Below are positions 1-8,303 of a stretch of 41,716 nucleotides of DNA, in pieces. A program made the position numbers and the translations under genes. The notes below the pieces were generated by a model. That model was not told the DNA's origin. It ran no database searches and was given only the letters and a program-made list of their open reading frames with translations. How positions within the stretch are numbered: position 1 is the stretch's first letter; each line of letters opens with the position of its first letter. Origin of the DNA: a virus; the IMG/VR virus record IMGVR_UViG_3300034063_000844; one strand, 5' to 3'.

Positions 1-127
1 ACTACCTTCCAGCTTGACGTTACTGTTGGCAAGTCGGTGTTTCCGCTTTTCAGGCTTTCGTACACTATTTTATTATACCGAACCAGTGCATATTTTGCAT
101 ACGTTCCGGCTGTATATACTGGGGCGG
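1..127. repeat. Exact copy of 41590..41716 (contig-end overlap)
   Basis: Base-by-base comparison found 127/127 identical. The match stops at 128 and at 41589. Confidence 0.95.
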
Positions 128-284
128 TGGATCCGGTACGATAGGAACTGAACCATAGGTCACGTAAATACTGTAATGGGGATAAAAGTATTTTAACCCA
201 CGCCACGGAACGGGTGAAACGTTTGTCCGGCGGGAGCATTTGCGGGGCAAACTTTGAAAAGTCTATGTCGTATATCGTTGGCAT
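1..284 (-). CDS. 5' part of a gene spanning the circular junction (223 aa in total); baseplate gpI/DUF2313-like N-terminus plus a CBM5/12-like motif
   Basis: ATG at 284-282 overlaps the upstream stop (TAATG). The frame stays open to base 1 and continues at 41589 into the ORF listed as 41202..41654. Hand translation: MPTIYDIDFSKFAPQMLPPDKRFTRSVAWVKILLSPLQYLRDLWFSSYRTGSTAPVYTAGTYAKYALVRYNKIVYESLK... Confidence 0.6.
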   Translation of the reverse strand, partial: MPTIYDIDFSKFAPQMLPPDKRFTRSVAWVKILLSPLQYLRDLWFSSYRTGSTAPVYTAGTYAKYALVRYNKIVYESLKSGNTDLPTVTSSWKV

Positions 285-1129
285 TATTCAGCTATAAAGG
301 TTATACTGTCATTGAGAGTGTTTCCGGAAGTGGTTTCACCCACTATGTAGCCGGCAATGGTAGCCCATAGCCTTCCGATTGTCTGCTGGTTTTGCACCAA
401 AAAAGATCCGTCTGCAAAGGCCGTAGAGTTTCCACGCGCGCGTACGTTAACCATTACAACATCAGTAACCCCTTCTACTCCAGTGATAGCGTCTTCCAGG
501 TCGGTGATTTTCATTTGCCCGTTAAAAGGTATTGCACCCAGGTAGGCTTCTATTGCAGCCACAACGTTCGCCTTAATAACAGCGCTGTACTGTCCGAGGT
601 AATAAACGTTAGCCTGTACAAAGAGCTTGTCCGATATTTCGGATGTAACCAAATAACTAACTCCAGCTATGCCTATCTGATTAACATAAGATTGAAGGGC
701 TGACAGCTGGGGAGCCGATAAAGCCGCTGGGGGTTCTCCGGTAGCTACCTTAATCAGTACACTATTGGAAAGATTGGTCGTTACGCTGCAACGTGAAATG
801 ATTCTAAGGGTTTCGTCAACCGTTGGATATTGTGGCGCAAAGTCTATGAGCTGAATAACCTGGGGAGTGTTGGCGTCGTACTGAAATTTCAGTATCTGAT
901 CTTGCACCCATGCCGGCGTTGCTGGAGCTGCCTTTGCCGCCGTTGACTCTACCGAAAGGGTAAAAATATCAATTAGCTGCTCCAGTGCATTAATGGCAAC
1001 GGCCACTATATAAGTGAACAGCCGGTAAATGGCTCGCTTACTGGTTGACGTTAGTAAGGAACCCAGCACGCTGTCGGCTGCTATGTTATCCAGCATTTGC
1101 TGTTGTATCTCCGAAATTTGTCTTGCCAC
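284..1129 (-). CDS. Virion structural protein, baseplate J-like (weak pattern match)
   Basis: 281-aa ORF with a GTG start overlapping the upstream stop (TAGTG). The C-terminal half (LSALQSYVNQIGIAGVSYLV...ITGVEGVTDV) resembles gpJ/gp47-type wedge proteins. It is followed by a gpI-like gene. Confidence 0.5.
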   Translation of the reverse strand: MARQISEIQQQMLDNIAADSVLGSLLTSTSKRAIYRLFTYIVAVAINALEQLIDIFTLSVESTAAKAAPATPAWVQDQILKFQYDANTPQVIQLIDFAPQYPTVDETLRIISRCSVTTNLSNSVLIKVATGEPPAALSAPQLSALQSYVNQIGIAGVSYLVTSEISDKLFVQANVYYLGQYSAVIKANVVAAIEAYLGAIPFNGQMKITDLEDAITGVEGVTDVVMVNVRARGNSTAFADGSFLVQNQQTIGRLWATIAGYIVGETTSGNTLNDSITFIAE

Positions 1130-1713
1130 TATTGAGGTATTTTATAGGGTTGCTGAATAGGTGTAAAAACTGGCAGGTCGTCTTTTGTGACTACAATATT
1201 CACGTCCGTAGGTGGCTCTTTTTCTATGTAGATTCCTCTACCTAAGTCATAGGGGCTGCCTTTACTGTCAATGAAATTGCATACAAAGGATATGATGTAA
1301 TGGTAAATGTTATCGTGATCAAAGTCTTGCTGCTCTCCGGTGGCTACCATTTGTCCGCAGCCGGTTGGTTTGAACTGTGAAAGCGCTGCAATAACCTGGT
1401 CGCGTAAATCGAAAACTTGTAAGTCTTGCTCGAAGGTTCCGTCTTGGTTGTAATACTCATGTACCAGGTGGATAGTGATACCAATATCGGCACTTCTGAA
1501 GTTCTGACCGATCTCCTCGAAAATAACCGGGCTGGTTATTTCAATAAAAGCCGCTGGCTTAGGGTACAGGTAGGTTTCCCCGGCTTTCTCGTTTTCTATC
1601 TGATTGTTCCATACACGGGCGTACAAGTCAACGGTGTTGCCGTTGCCGTTTGTTACCTGAATGGTAGCCAGTTTGGTCAATATGTCCTGTAAGGGGGCTT
1701 TTATGCCTGCCAT
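1129..1713 (-). CDS. Hypothetical virion protein (possible neck/tail-completion or wedge protein)
   Basis: 194-aa ORF, coupled to both neighbours. No diagnostic motif. Confidence 0.5.
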   Translation of the reverse strand: MAGIKAPLQDILTKLATIQVTNGNGNTVDLYARVWNNQIENEKAGETYLYPKPAAFIEITSPVIFEEIGQNFRSADIGITIHLVHEYYNQDGTFEQDLQVFDLRDQVIAALSQFKPTGCGQMVATGEQQDFDHDNIYHYIISFVCNFIDSKGSPYDLGRGIYIEKEPPTDVNIVVTKDDLPVFTPIQQPYKIPQ

Positions 1714-2276
1714 ACTTTTGAAATTTGTTTGTTAATAAGCTCCCTTTGTTTTTTCCTTAGCGTTACGCTGTCACCCATGAATTGACGCTTTGGCATTTTA
1801 AACATGTGGGCTTTTACTTGTGCTTCCCCGGAGCGTATGTACACTGTGGTTTTTCTATGCGCTTCTTTTAGCTGACCTTTTTTGTTTTTCCGAAGCCCGA
1901 TAAACTCACGGGTAGTGGACTTTGTAAACATTGCCCGGCTGTGAGCTGATCTCATTCCGTTATACCCTTCATTGTGTACAGCTGCATAGGGTAAAGCCAC
2001 TACCAGCTGAATTTTATCGAATGTCTTTAACCGGATAGACTGACCCACGGCTCTTCTTAACTTTCCTGATTTCACCAGCAAGGCACGGCCTTGTGATTTC
2101 TTCCCGGTGTCCTTTCTTTTCTGCCATGCCTTTACGCCGTTATCATCCCAGCCTTTCTTTTTCCAGCTTTCAACAAAGAAGGTTTGAGCCTGGTTAGCCA
2201 GCAGCACGGGTAAAGTCTTTTTCAGCTTTTCCACGTTATTAATCACCTTGCCAAACTTGAACCTGTTGTCTGCCAT
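1701..2276 (-). CDS. Virion morphogenesis protein, Mu gpG-like
   Basis: Start moved to ATG 2276, 1 nt after the upstream stop. Motifs KSGKLRRAVGQSI and MPKRQFMGDS are typical of the Mu G / Phage_tail_S family. It sits after the Mu F-like gene. Confidence 0.6.
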   Translation of the reverse strand: MADNRFKFGKVINNVEKLKKTLPVLLANQAQTFFVESWKKKGWDDNGVKAWQKRKDTGKKSQGRALLVKSGKLRRAVGQSIRLKTFDKIQLVVALPYAAVHNEGYNGMRSAHSRAMFTKSTTREFIGLRKNKKGQLKEAHRKTTVYIRSGEAQVKAHMFKMPKRQFMGDSVTLRKKQRELINKQISKVWQA

Positions 2277-2277
2277 T

Positions 2278-3084
2278 TTAATCTTTCTTAGGTATGTCCA
2301 AATTGAAGTTCTTTTTTGCCAGCGCTTTGTCTTTGGGAGCCACGTCGAAATAGGGGTGTGCTTTACTAAAAACATAGCCGTCTATTCCAGGATTCATCTT
2401 AAACAAGTCTTGCATGTTGCTTTCGATCTCGTCAACTTTTGCCTTTTTTACCTTTGCGCTGGTCTGCTTGCCTTCGGAAAGAGGTAACAGCATACAACGG
2501 CAATTAAAATGATTCAGGGGAGCAACCCTTTTCCAAATGGGGTCATTAACCGGTGCAATGATTCCGTCCAATGGCCGGCAAATTTCACTGGTTCGTTTAT
2601 CCATTACGGCTGAATATTCCAGCAAAGGCAATACGTCAGCGTTTCTTTCGATTTCAGCCCACTTCCTTGCAGCTTGCGCCTGACCTATGGCCGTGTCGTA
2701 CTCGGTCTGAAGCCATACCTTGTTGTATAAATTGTACGTTTGATCGGCTTTCTCACGGAATTGCTTAAACGAAACCGTCTTGCCGTCTTCTCCGATAAGG
2801 GCGCTGCTCATTTCCCTTACTTGCTGGTAAGTTTTCGCCGCGCTGAACAGGTAAATGTTTGTCCGCAGCTCGGTCAACAGCTCCTTATCGGCCATGGTAA
2901 AGCCGGAGGGCATTTTGGTAGCTTTCAAAGAACTTAAAGAGGTTCCGTAACCTTCGTAAACCCCCTTTTTTAAATAGTCCGCAATTGCGTAATACAGCGA
3001 CTTAGGCAAAAACTTGTGGGTTAATTTGCCAGTGTAAACTCCTTTGAACAAGGCTTCAACAAGTTTGTCGCTGTAAACAAACAT
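2278..3084 (-). CDS. Head morphogenesis protein, Mu gpF / SPP1 gp7 family
   Basis: C-terminal signature DKRTSEICRPLDG...APLNHFNCRCMLLP. Located downstream of the portal gene. Confidence 0.8.
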   Translation of the reverse strand: MFVYSDKLVEALFKGVYTGKLTHKFLPKSLYYAIADYLKKGVYEGYGTSLSSLKATKMPSGFTMADKELLTELRTNIYLFSAAKTYQQVREMSSALIGEDGKTVSFKQFREKADQTYNLYNKVWLQTEYDTAIGQAQAARKWAEIERNADVLPLLEYSAVMDKRTSEICRPLDGIIAPVNDPIWKRVAPLNHFNCRCMLLPLSEGKQTSAKVKKAKVDEIESNMQDLFKMNPGIDGYVFSKAHPYFDVAPKDKALAKKNFNLDIPKKD

Positions 3085-3393
3085 TTATACACTTTTCATT
3101 TTAAACTCCTCTTTAAGACGGTCGCTGAACTTCGCACACTTCAAACGGACAGCACTCTCGGTCATTTTCTCAATCTTCATAACCGTTTCAATGCCATAAA
3201 CACGGACAAGGTTTTGCCATTGCTTTTTTGTTCTCCTTACCTGGTCAACTCCAAAAGCTCTCTCAAACTCTTTCTGCACTTCCGGAAGGCTGGCCTTACC
3301 ATAAAGGACTTTTTGGGCGGCGATTACTTGCTCATGTGGTTTCAGTAACCAATTAAACAGCTTTTCAATGATCTTTAAGCGGATAGTTCTCAT
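3085..3393 (-). CDS. Hypothetical protein
   Basis: 102-aa ORF packed between the portal and the Mu F-like gene. Confidence 0.5.
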   Translation of the reverse strand: MRTIRLKIIEKLFNWLLKPHEQVIAAQKVLYGKASLPEVQKEFERAFGVDQVRRTKKQWQNLVRVYGIETVMKIEKMTESAVRLKCAKFSDRLKEEFKMKSV

Positions 3394-3404
3394 GCTATTT
3401 GTTT

Positions 3405-4808
3405 TTATTTATACAATTCGTTAAGCCTGTTTTGAACACTTTGAAACTGGGCTTTACTTTCCTCGTCTTCAGGTTCTACTTGCTCGATTTCAGTTGCTTT
3501 TATTCCGGTTCTTTCCTCGAAATATTTAGAATCCATTTTTAACCCGGCGTTTTTCATTACCTGGGCAATTTCAGCTGTCACTTTGTTGCTGGCGTCCTGG
3601 CGTTCACGGAAGGCTTCTTTTTCGGCGTCGTTTCGATACTCAAAGCGAATATTTTCCGGGAGCTTAAAGCCAAGGTTTCTCATTTTTGGCAACAGCTGGC
3701 CATTGATCATGCGCTCGATAAACTTGCCGTCCTTCACTTGCTTATCGCGAAGGGCAACAGCAACCGGGTTTTCGTCACCTTGTCCTGATCCTAACTTACC
3801 AGGGGTGCTATCCATGGCGTCAGCATGCCCCAGCACTATCTTTGATACCGTCTTTTGACAGCGCTCTTCCAAACTTTCGTATGCAGTGTACCCGGTGCCG
3901 GCCATACCGTTTTCTAAAAATTCTATTTCGTCCATTGGGTCAATCAATGCCCAGCCAGCGGATCCCATATTCTGAATAGCAGCTTCCAGCTCTGCTCTCT
4001 CGGCTTCCTCGGTCTTTGTGGTCTTACCAACACGGTAAGGCATTGCGAACAATTCCACGAAGTCACCGTTATACCCTAACGTGTTGCGGAGGAAAATCTC
4101 ATAAAGTGCTATCTTGTAGAATAAGCCATACCCACATGTACCCACGCCGTTCTCGCTTGGCGTTGATACCCATATATGCCAGTCTTTGTAAGGATCTTCT
4201 GCGAACTTTGCACCGGATAAAGAGTAAATAAATTCAGCAACGTTCAACCGGTCCGGGCTGACGTTCCAGCGACGAATGAGGGAGGTATTGGTGAACTGGT
4301 CGCTATCAATATCACCAAGGGATATAAGGCTGTACCCAAAAAACAGCGCGTCCAGGCTATATGCAACAAGCAAATCAAACCATTCCGCGTTGAACATTGC
4401 TTTCAAGTCTTCAACTTCGTTGTCTTTTTCGTCTTTAAAGCACCAGTCACGAAGCAGGGTTAAGTCCTTACGGCGATCCATAAGCGAAAACACATGGCCG
4501 TTTAGGATTGTATCAATGTACAAGCGCTGCATTTTTACCCGGTGTGGGTACCAGGCATTTTCCGCTTCGGTAACGGCTTCTCGCCACATAGCCACATCAT
4601 GCCGTAAACGCTGGAGCTGTACAGGGGCAATGTAGTTAGTCAGGTTTTTCCGTAAGTCGGTAGAACCGCCGCCTTGCCTTACAGCAACACTGCCAGGAGC
4701 GCCAAATGTTACTGGCTGGGTATTGGCATTGAAGCCGGCTGCATTCTTTATACTTCTCAATCGGTTGCGCTTGCTCATTTTTTGTTTTTTATTATTTCCA
4801 CGTTCCAC
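3405..4808 (-). CDS. Portal protein (Mu gp29/DUF935-like)
   Basis: 467-aa ORF immediately upstream of the Mu F- and G-like genes. Size and acidic C-terminus are typical of portals. Confidence 0.7.
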   Translation of the reverse strand: MERGNNKKQKMSKRNRLRSIKNAAGFNANTQPVTFGAPGSVAVRQGGGSTDLRKNLTNYIAPVQLQRLRHDVAMWREAVTEAENAWYPHRVKMQRLYIDTILNGHVFSLMDRRKDLTLLRDWCFKDEKDNEVEDLKAMFNAEWFDLLVAYSLDALFFGYSLISLGDIDSDQFTNTSLIRRWNVSPDRLNVAEFIYSLSGAKFAEDPYKDWHIWVSTPSENGVGTCGYGLFYKIALYEIFLRNTLGYNGDFVELFAMPYRVGKTTKTEEAERAELEAAIQNMGSAGWALIDPMDEIEFLENGMAGTGYTAYESLEERCQKTVSKIVLGHADAMDSTPGKLGSGQGDENPVAVALRDKQVKDGKFIERMINGQLLPKMRNLGFKLPENIRFEYRNDAEKEAFRERQDASNKVTAEIAQVMKNAGLKMDSKYFEERTGIKATEIEQVEPEDEESKAQFQSVQNRLNELYK

Positions 4809-5094
4809 TTACTTTGATATATGGGGTTGCTGTCTTCCACGTTCCGCTTACTTTTATCCAAACAACAGCCTGTTTCCAAATTCCAGCAACTTTAACCCAG
4901 GCGATTGTAACATTGGAAGCAACAAGTTTTAGTGAAACATATTCATATAGAGAAAAAATAAAGGTTGTAGCCAGCGCCGTTACATTCTTGCTGACAACCG
5001 TTTCTTTTGAAACAAAGCCTTTAACAGCGTTTGCATTTCCTTTATTCCTAACAAGTAAAGGCTCTCCTCCTCCAAATGTTAACTGATAACTCAT
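4792..5094 (-). CDS. Hypothetical protein with three C-terminal 13-aa repeats (xIKVSGTWKxAxx)
   Basis: The 100-aa ORF has a TAATG overlap with the upstream gene. Repeats: AWVKVAGIWKQAV / VWIKVSGTWKTAT / PYIKVSGTWK. Confidence 0.5.
   Translation of the reverse strand: MSYQLTFGGGEPLLVRNKGNANAVKGFVSKETVVSKNVTALATTFIFSLYEYVSLKLVASNVTIAWVKVAGIWKQAVVWIKVSGTWKTATPYIKVSGTWK
4796..4900. repeat. 39-bp periodic intragenic repeat
   Basis: ttccacgttccacttactttgata (4796) and ttccacgttccgcttacttttatc (4835) lie 39 nt apart. A third, diverged copy follows. Confidence 0.6.
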
Positions 5095-7232
5095 TACGAT
5101 ACGGATATTTTGGCATATAAATCAACTGATCCTGGTAATGATCCGGACGGCACAAACCTTCTACGCGTACCAACAACGTCAGTACCTAAGCCGGCTACCC
5201 ATGCTGTGCCGTTCCAGTACTCAAATGTTCCGTTGGTTGTTCCGGTTGAAGCCTGTGTAAGTACCAGCGCATTTGTATCAGCTCGGTAAATGTTAATCGT
5301 GTGAGTACCAATTGACGTGCTGAATAATGCTGACTGTACCCATGCAAACGTTCCGTTAGTGGTGTTGAAGTCAGAATAATTCCAGCGATATTGAGAGGGG
5401 AGGGCGTCGTCGGTTTCATAAACAAGCGCAAGTGACAATATCCTTGCCGGCAGCATAATCACTCCCGCAGTGCGAAACTGAAATGCAAATTGAACATTTG
5501 AAGGCGTACCCAGTCCTGATAGGTCACCTGTTTGCGGTACGGTTGTCCATGCTCCGGTGTTATCGTCTATACCTGAAGTTCGTATCTGCAAAACGTACAT
5601 ATCAGGGGTTACTCCCATGGTGTTGTCACCTATGTTTTGAACACAATCCACATAAGCTCTATACAATTTTGCTGGGGTAGCCCCTAAGTTTATTTTGGGA
5701 AGTATCACCCGGTTATTAACGTCTGCTTGAAATTCCAAGTCGGCAGCCAGTGGGTAAACGCTTAACGCGTTCATTGTCGTTGTAGTTGCCTGGCTATATA
5801 TCCAAAACAACCACCCGTCTTCAACCCACAAAAAGGGAACGTTAGAAGTTGAAGTGTGAATAAACAGTGGGGAATCAGTATCTCTTAAAGCCGAAGGTGT
5901 TTGAGAAGCAATGCAAGAAGATCTCCGATCAATTTGTTGGCCGCCCGTGTAGTAATCGGTAATGTAAATACCTCCGGTTGACGCGGCAGTTGCAATCACA
6001 AGTTTGTCAATAGACCCAGCTATGTCAAGCGATGTAAATCCGTTAGCTGTTAAGTTTGTATTATTACCTCCGGGAGGAACTTCAGTCATTGAATCAGCTA
6101 CAAATGTGGTGCTGGCTGCAACAACCGAGCTTAATGGAACCCTTAAAATACGTGAAGCAGTAAACAAGTAAATTGACGCAACGCCAGCGCCAGGGCCGTG
6201 CTGAAGTGTTGCTACCCGTCCGTTGTTTGCTTGCGATATGTTACCTGTTACCGTTTGCGATCCTGTTACAACTATATCAGAACCGGTTAGCGTTGCAGCT
6301 CCAGCGGAAGGGGTTATTGCTGCTCTAATGTTATACCGGTACATTACCAAAGAAGTACCTGCTCCGTTGGTGGCATAAACGTACTGCTGTGTCCAGGTAT
6401 CTCTATCCCCCAAAGCACAACCACCGATAACAGTGTTGGTTACAGTTGCGGCATCCCTGAGCCAATAGGTTGCTTTTATTTTGTCAACAGTTGTTGCTGC
6501 TGGGATAGCAGTGGCCGGGTTTTGAAAGTCTGCATATTGCAAACCTTTTGTAACATAAATACCTCCGTTAGTTGCGGTACCACTTGTAATTGCATGCACA
6601 AGCATTAAGTCCTGAATAACATAAGGGGTGCCGGAAGCAATTGTTCCAGCTGAAGCCGTTAATGTAATTGACGTATCAGAACCAATAGCGGAAATCTGAT
6701 ACCATGTTGTAATTGCGTTGGGGTCAGTTGAGCCAAAACCAATACGGCTACCAACTGAAAGACCGGTGTTCCAGCCTGTACCAGTTCCGGTAACGCCAGT
6801 ACCACTGACAGCAACCGTACCAGTTGTATAGTTTTCCAGTATTGCCCGGAAACCCCTTACAGTATGTGCCGTTGCAGTTGGAAACGTAAGGGTTACAGCA
6901 CCAATAAAAGTATAGGTGTTGGTTGAAGGAACGAACGTCCACAATTGCACTCTTCGTGTTGCGGCGGCGGTGGCGCTATCAGCTCCAAATATCCAAAACA
7001 AGTCGTCAGTAATCTTTACTGGGTGAACAAATGCTGAAGTAATAGCCAAAGAGCTTTCACCCAAATTTGCTACTCCTAACGGAGCTGGGCCAACAAACTT
7101 GTCAATATCTCCATTGCCAAGGTTAAACTGGCCAGTATGCTTACCCCTGTTTATCTTAGTTGAATCGTAAGATCCCCCAATTGCAACTTGTGACAAACTA
7201 CCATTAAATACTTGCTCAATTGCTACTTTCAT
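5094..7232 (-). CDS. Large T/S/G/A-rich virion-associated protein (candidate fibre or receptor-binding protein, family unknown)
   Basis: 712-aa ORF with an ATG start, coupled to both neighbours. Composition is beta-rich. No recognisable catalytic motif. Confidence 0.55.
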   Translation of the reverse strand: MKVAIEQVFNGSLSQVAIGGSYDSTKINRGKHTGQFNLGNGDIDKFVGPAPLGVANLGESSLAITSAFVHPVKITDDLFWIFGADSATAAATRRVQLWTFVPSTNTYTFIGAVTLTFPTATAHTVRGFRAILENYTTGTVAVSGTGVTGTGTGWNTGLSVGSRIGFGSTDPNAITTWYQISAIGSDTSITLTASAGTIASGTPYVIQDLMLVHAITSGTATNGGIYVTKGLQYADFQNPATAIPAATTVDKIKATYWLRDAATVTNTVIGGCALGDRDTWTQQYVYATNGAGTSLVMYRYNIRAAITPSAGAATLTGSDIVVTGSQTVTGNISQANNGRVATLQHGPGAGVASIYLFTASRILRVPLSSVVAASTTFVADSMTEVPPGGNNTNLTANGFTSLDIAGSIDKLVIATAASTGGIYITDYYTGGQQIDRRSSCIASQTPSALRDTDSPLFIHTSTSNVPFLWVEDGWLFWIYSQATTTTMNALSVYPLAADLEFQADVNNRVILPKINLGATPAKLYRAYVDCVQNIGDNTMGVTPDMYVLQIRTSGIDDNTGAWTTVPQTGDLSGLGTPSNVQFAFQFRTAGVIMLPARILSLALVYETDDALPSQYRWNYSDFNTTNGTFAWVQSALFSTSIGTHTINIYRADTNALVLTQASTGTTNGTFEYWNGTAWVAGLGTDVVGTRRRFVPSGSLPGSVDLYAKISVS

Positions 7233-7389
7233 TGTTTACTATTTGATGTGCCAAAAACATAACCGTATTAAGTATTTCATCCGACTTTCTTTTACACATA
7301 ACAAAATCGTCATTAGAAAACTCGCCACTCTCACAAGACTGGTAATCTTTGTTTTCCGCAACTTCTTGATGTAGTGCTATTGTGATCAT
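7216..7389 (-). CDS. Small hypothetical protein (57 aa), below the ORF-track cutoff
   Basis: ATG 7389 forms an ATGA overlap with the collagen gene stop. The ORF fills the 153-nt gap and overlaps the next start by 17 nt. Translation: [57 protein letters not shown]. Confidence 0.4.
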   Translation of the reverse strand: MITIALHQEVAENKDYQSCESGEFSNDDFVMCKRKSDEILNTVMFLAHQIVNNESSN

Positions 7390-7964
7390 GTATATTGTAA
7401 ATAAATATCTCCGTCAGATCCGCCTGTTGGGGCAGCTGTTCCGGAAGTAATTTTAATACCCCATTCAGTGTCGTAATCGGTCGCTGATTTTTTAGTAAGT
7501 AGCTGACCGGCTGTTCCACCAGCAACAACGCCCGGTCCTGTTGCTCCCGTTGCTCCTTGCGGACCTGTATTCCCCTGGGGTCCTTGTATTCCTTGGGGTC
7601 CTTGCGGTCCAGTAGCACCAGCAGGTCCTTGCGGTCCTGTTGCTCCGGTCGCTCCAGTATCTCCCTTTAACCCTTGCGGCCCTTGCGGACCCGTTGCACC
7701 TTGGGGGCCAGTCAAACCCTGTGGACCCTGTGGGCCAGTAGCTCCAGTAGGACCGGCTGGACCCTGTGGACCCGTTGCGCCGGCTGGACCTGTTGCACCA
7801 GCTGGACCGGGTTCACCTTGTGGTCCTTGTGGGCCTTGTGGACCGGGAGGGCCAGGCTGACCTGTGCCACCACCTCCGGCGTCAATCTCAATGATATTGC
7901 CTTCAGTTTCAACAACAACTTCCACTATTGAAGCTGAAACTTCTATGGTTACCAGTTCACTCAA
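7386..7964 (-). CDS. Collagen-like triple-helix repeat protein (fibre)
   Basis: About 38 uninterrupted G-X-Y triplets ([13 protein letters not shown]...). The only in-frame start is a TTG overlapping the upstream TGA. Confidence 0.85.
   Translation of the reverse strand: MSELVTIEVSASIVEVVVETEGNIIEIDAGGGGTGQPGPPGPQGPQGPQGEPGPAGATGPAGATGPQGPAGPTGATGPQGPQGLTGPQGATGPQGPQGLKGDTGATGATGPQGPAGATGPQGPQGIQGPQGNTGPQGATGATGPGVVAGGTAGQLLTKKSATDYDTEWGIKITSGTAAPTGGSDGDIYLQYT
7530..7871. repeat. G-X-Y coding repeat (9-bp periodic GC-rich DNA)
   Basis: Collagen repeat region. It generates shadow ORFs on both strands (7674..7931 +, 7712..7918 -, 7331..7618 -). Confidence 0.85.
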
Positions 7965-8302
7965 AGTGTTACGTTTTGAGTTACGAAATATCCTCCTTTC
8001 AGGTAGGTTGTTGTTACGCTATCTTTCACCACTTGCAAGTCATACACGTACTCCCCAGCGTCTATGTCAACGTCTTTCTGAATCTGAATTGAACTGTCAA
8101 CAATGGTAATTCCGTTACCGGTTTCAATGGTCAAAACAACGGTTTGCAAGTCCGGCGTTCTTACTTGCATTTTTACAGCCGCATTGGTTAAGTCAACGGG
8201 CTGTCCGGTTGCCTTATCTTTCAGTCGGATAGTGCGCTTCATTGTGTCGTCTTGGTACACATTGAAGTCAAGCAATACCGGTAAGCTATCGGAGGTGTAC
8301 AT
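7961..8302 (-). CDS. Hypothetical small beta-rich protein
   Basis: 113-aa ORF, coupled to both neighbours. Confidence 0.5.
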   Translation of the reverse strand: MYTSDSLPVLLDFNVYQDDTMKRTIRLKDKATGQPVDLTNAAVKMQVRTPDLQTVVLTIETGNGITIVDSSIQIQKDVDIDAGEYVYDLQVVKDSVTTTYLKGGYFVTQNVTL

Positions 8303-8303
8303 A

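Noticed and set aside
1-127. Terminal repeats of a transposon/IS or LTR-type element
   Set aside because: The repeat is direct, sits exactly at the two window edges and lies inside a coding region that reads through the junction. No transposase is present. This is circular closure of a phage genome.
65-250. 61-aa minus-strand ORF from the track (MPRKCSRRTNVSP...)
   Set aside because: It lies in a different frame of DNA that is better explained by the junction-spanning 223-aa gene. That gene has a TAATG-coupled start at 284 and continues into 41202..41654. The 61-aa product is Pro/Arg-rich and has no coupled start.
2278-4808. Mu-like transposable phage
   Set aside because: Portal, F-, G-, gp36- and hub-like genes resemble Mu morphogenesis genes. 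However, there is no DDE transposase or MuB-like gene. The genome instead has a tyrosine integrase with an attP site.
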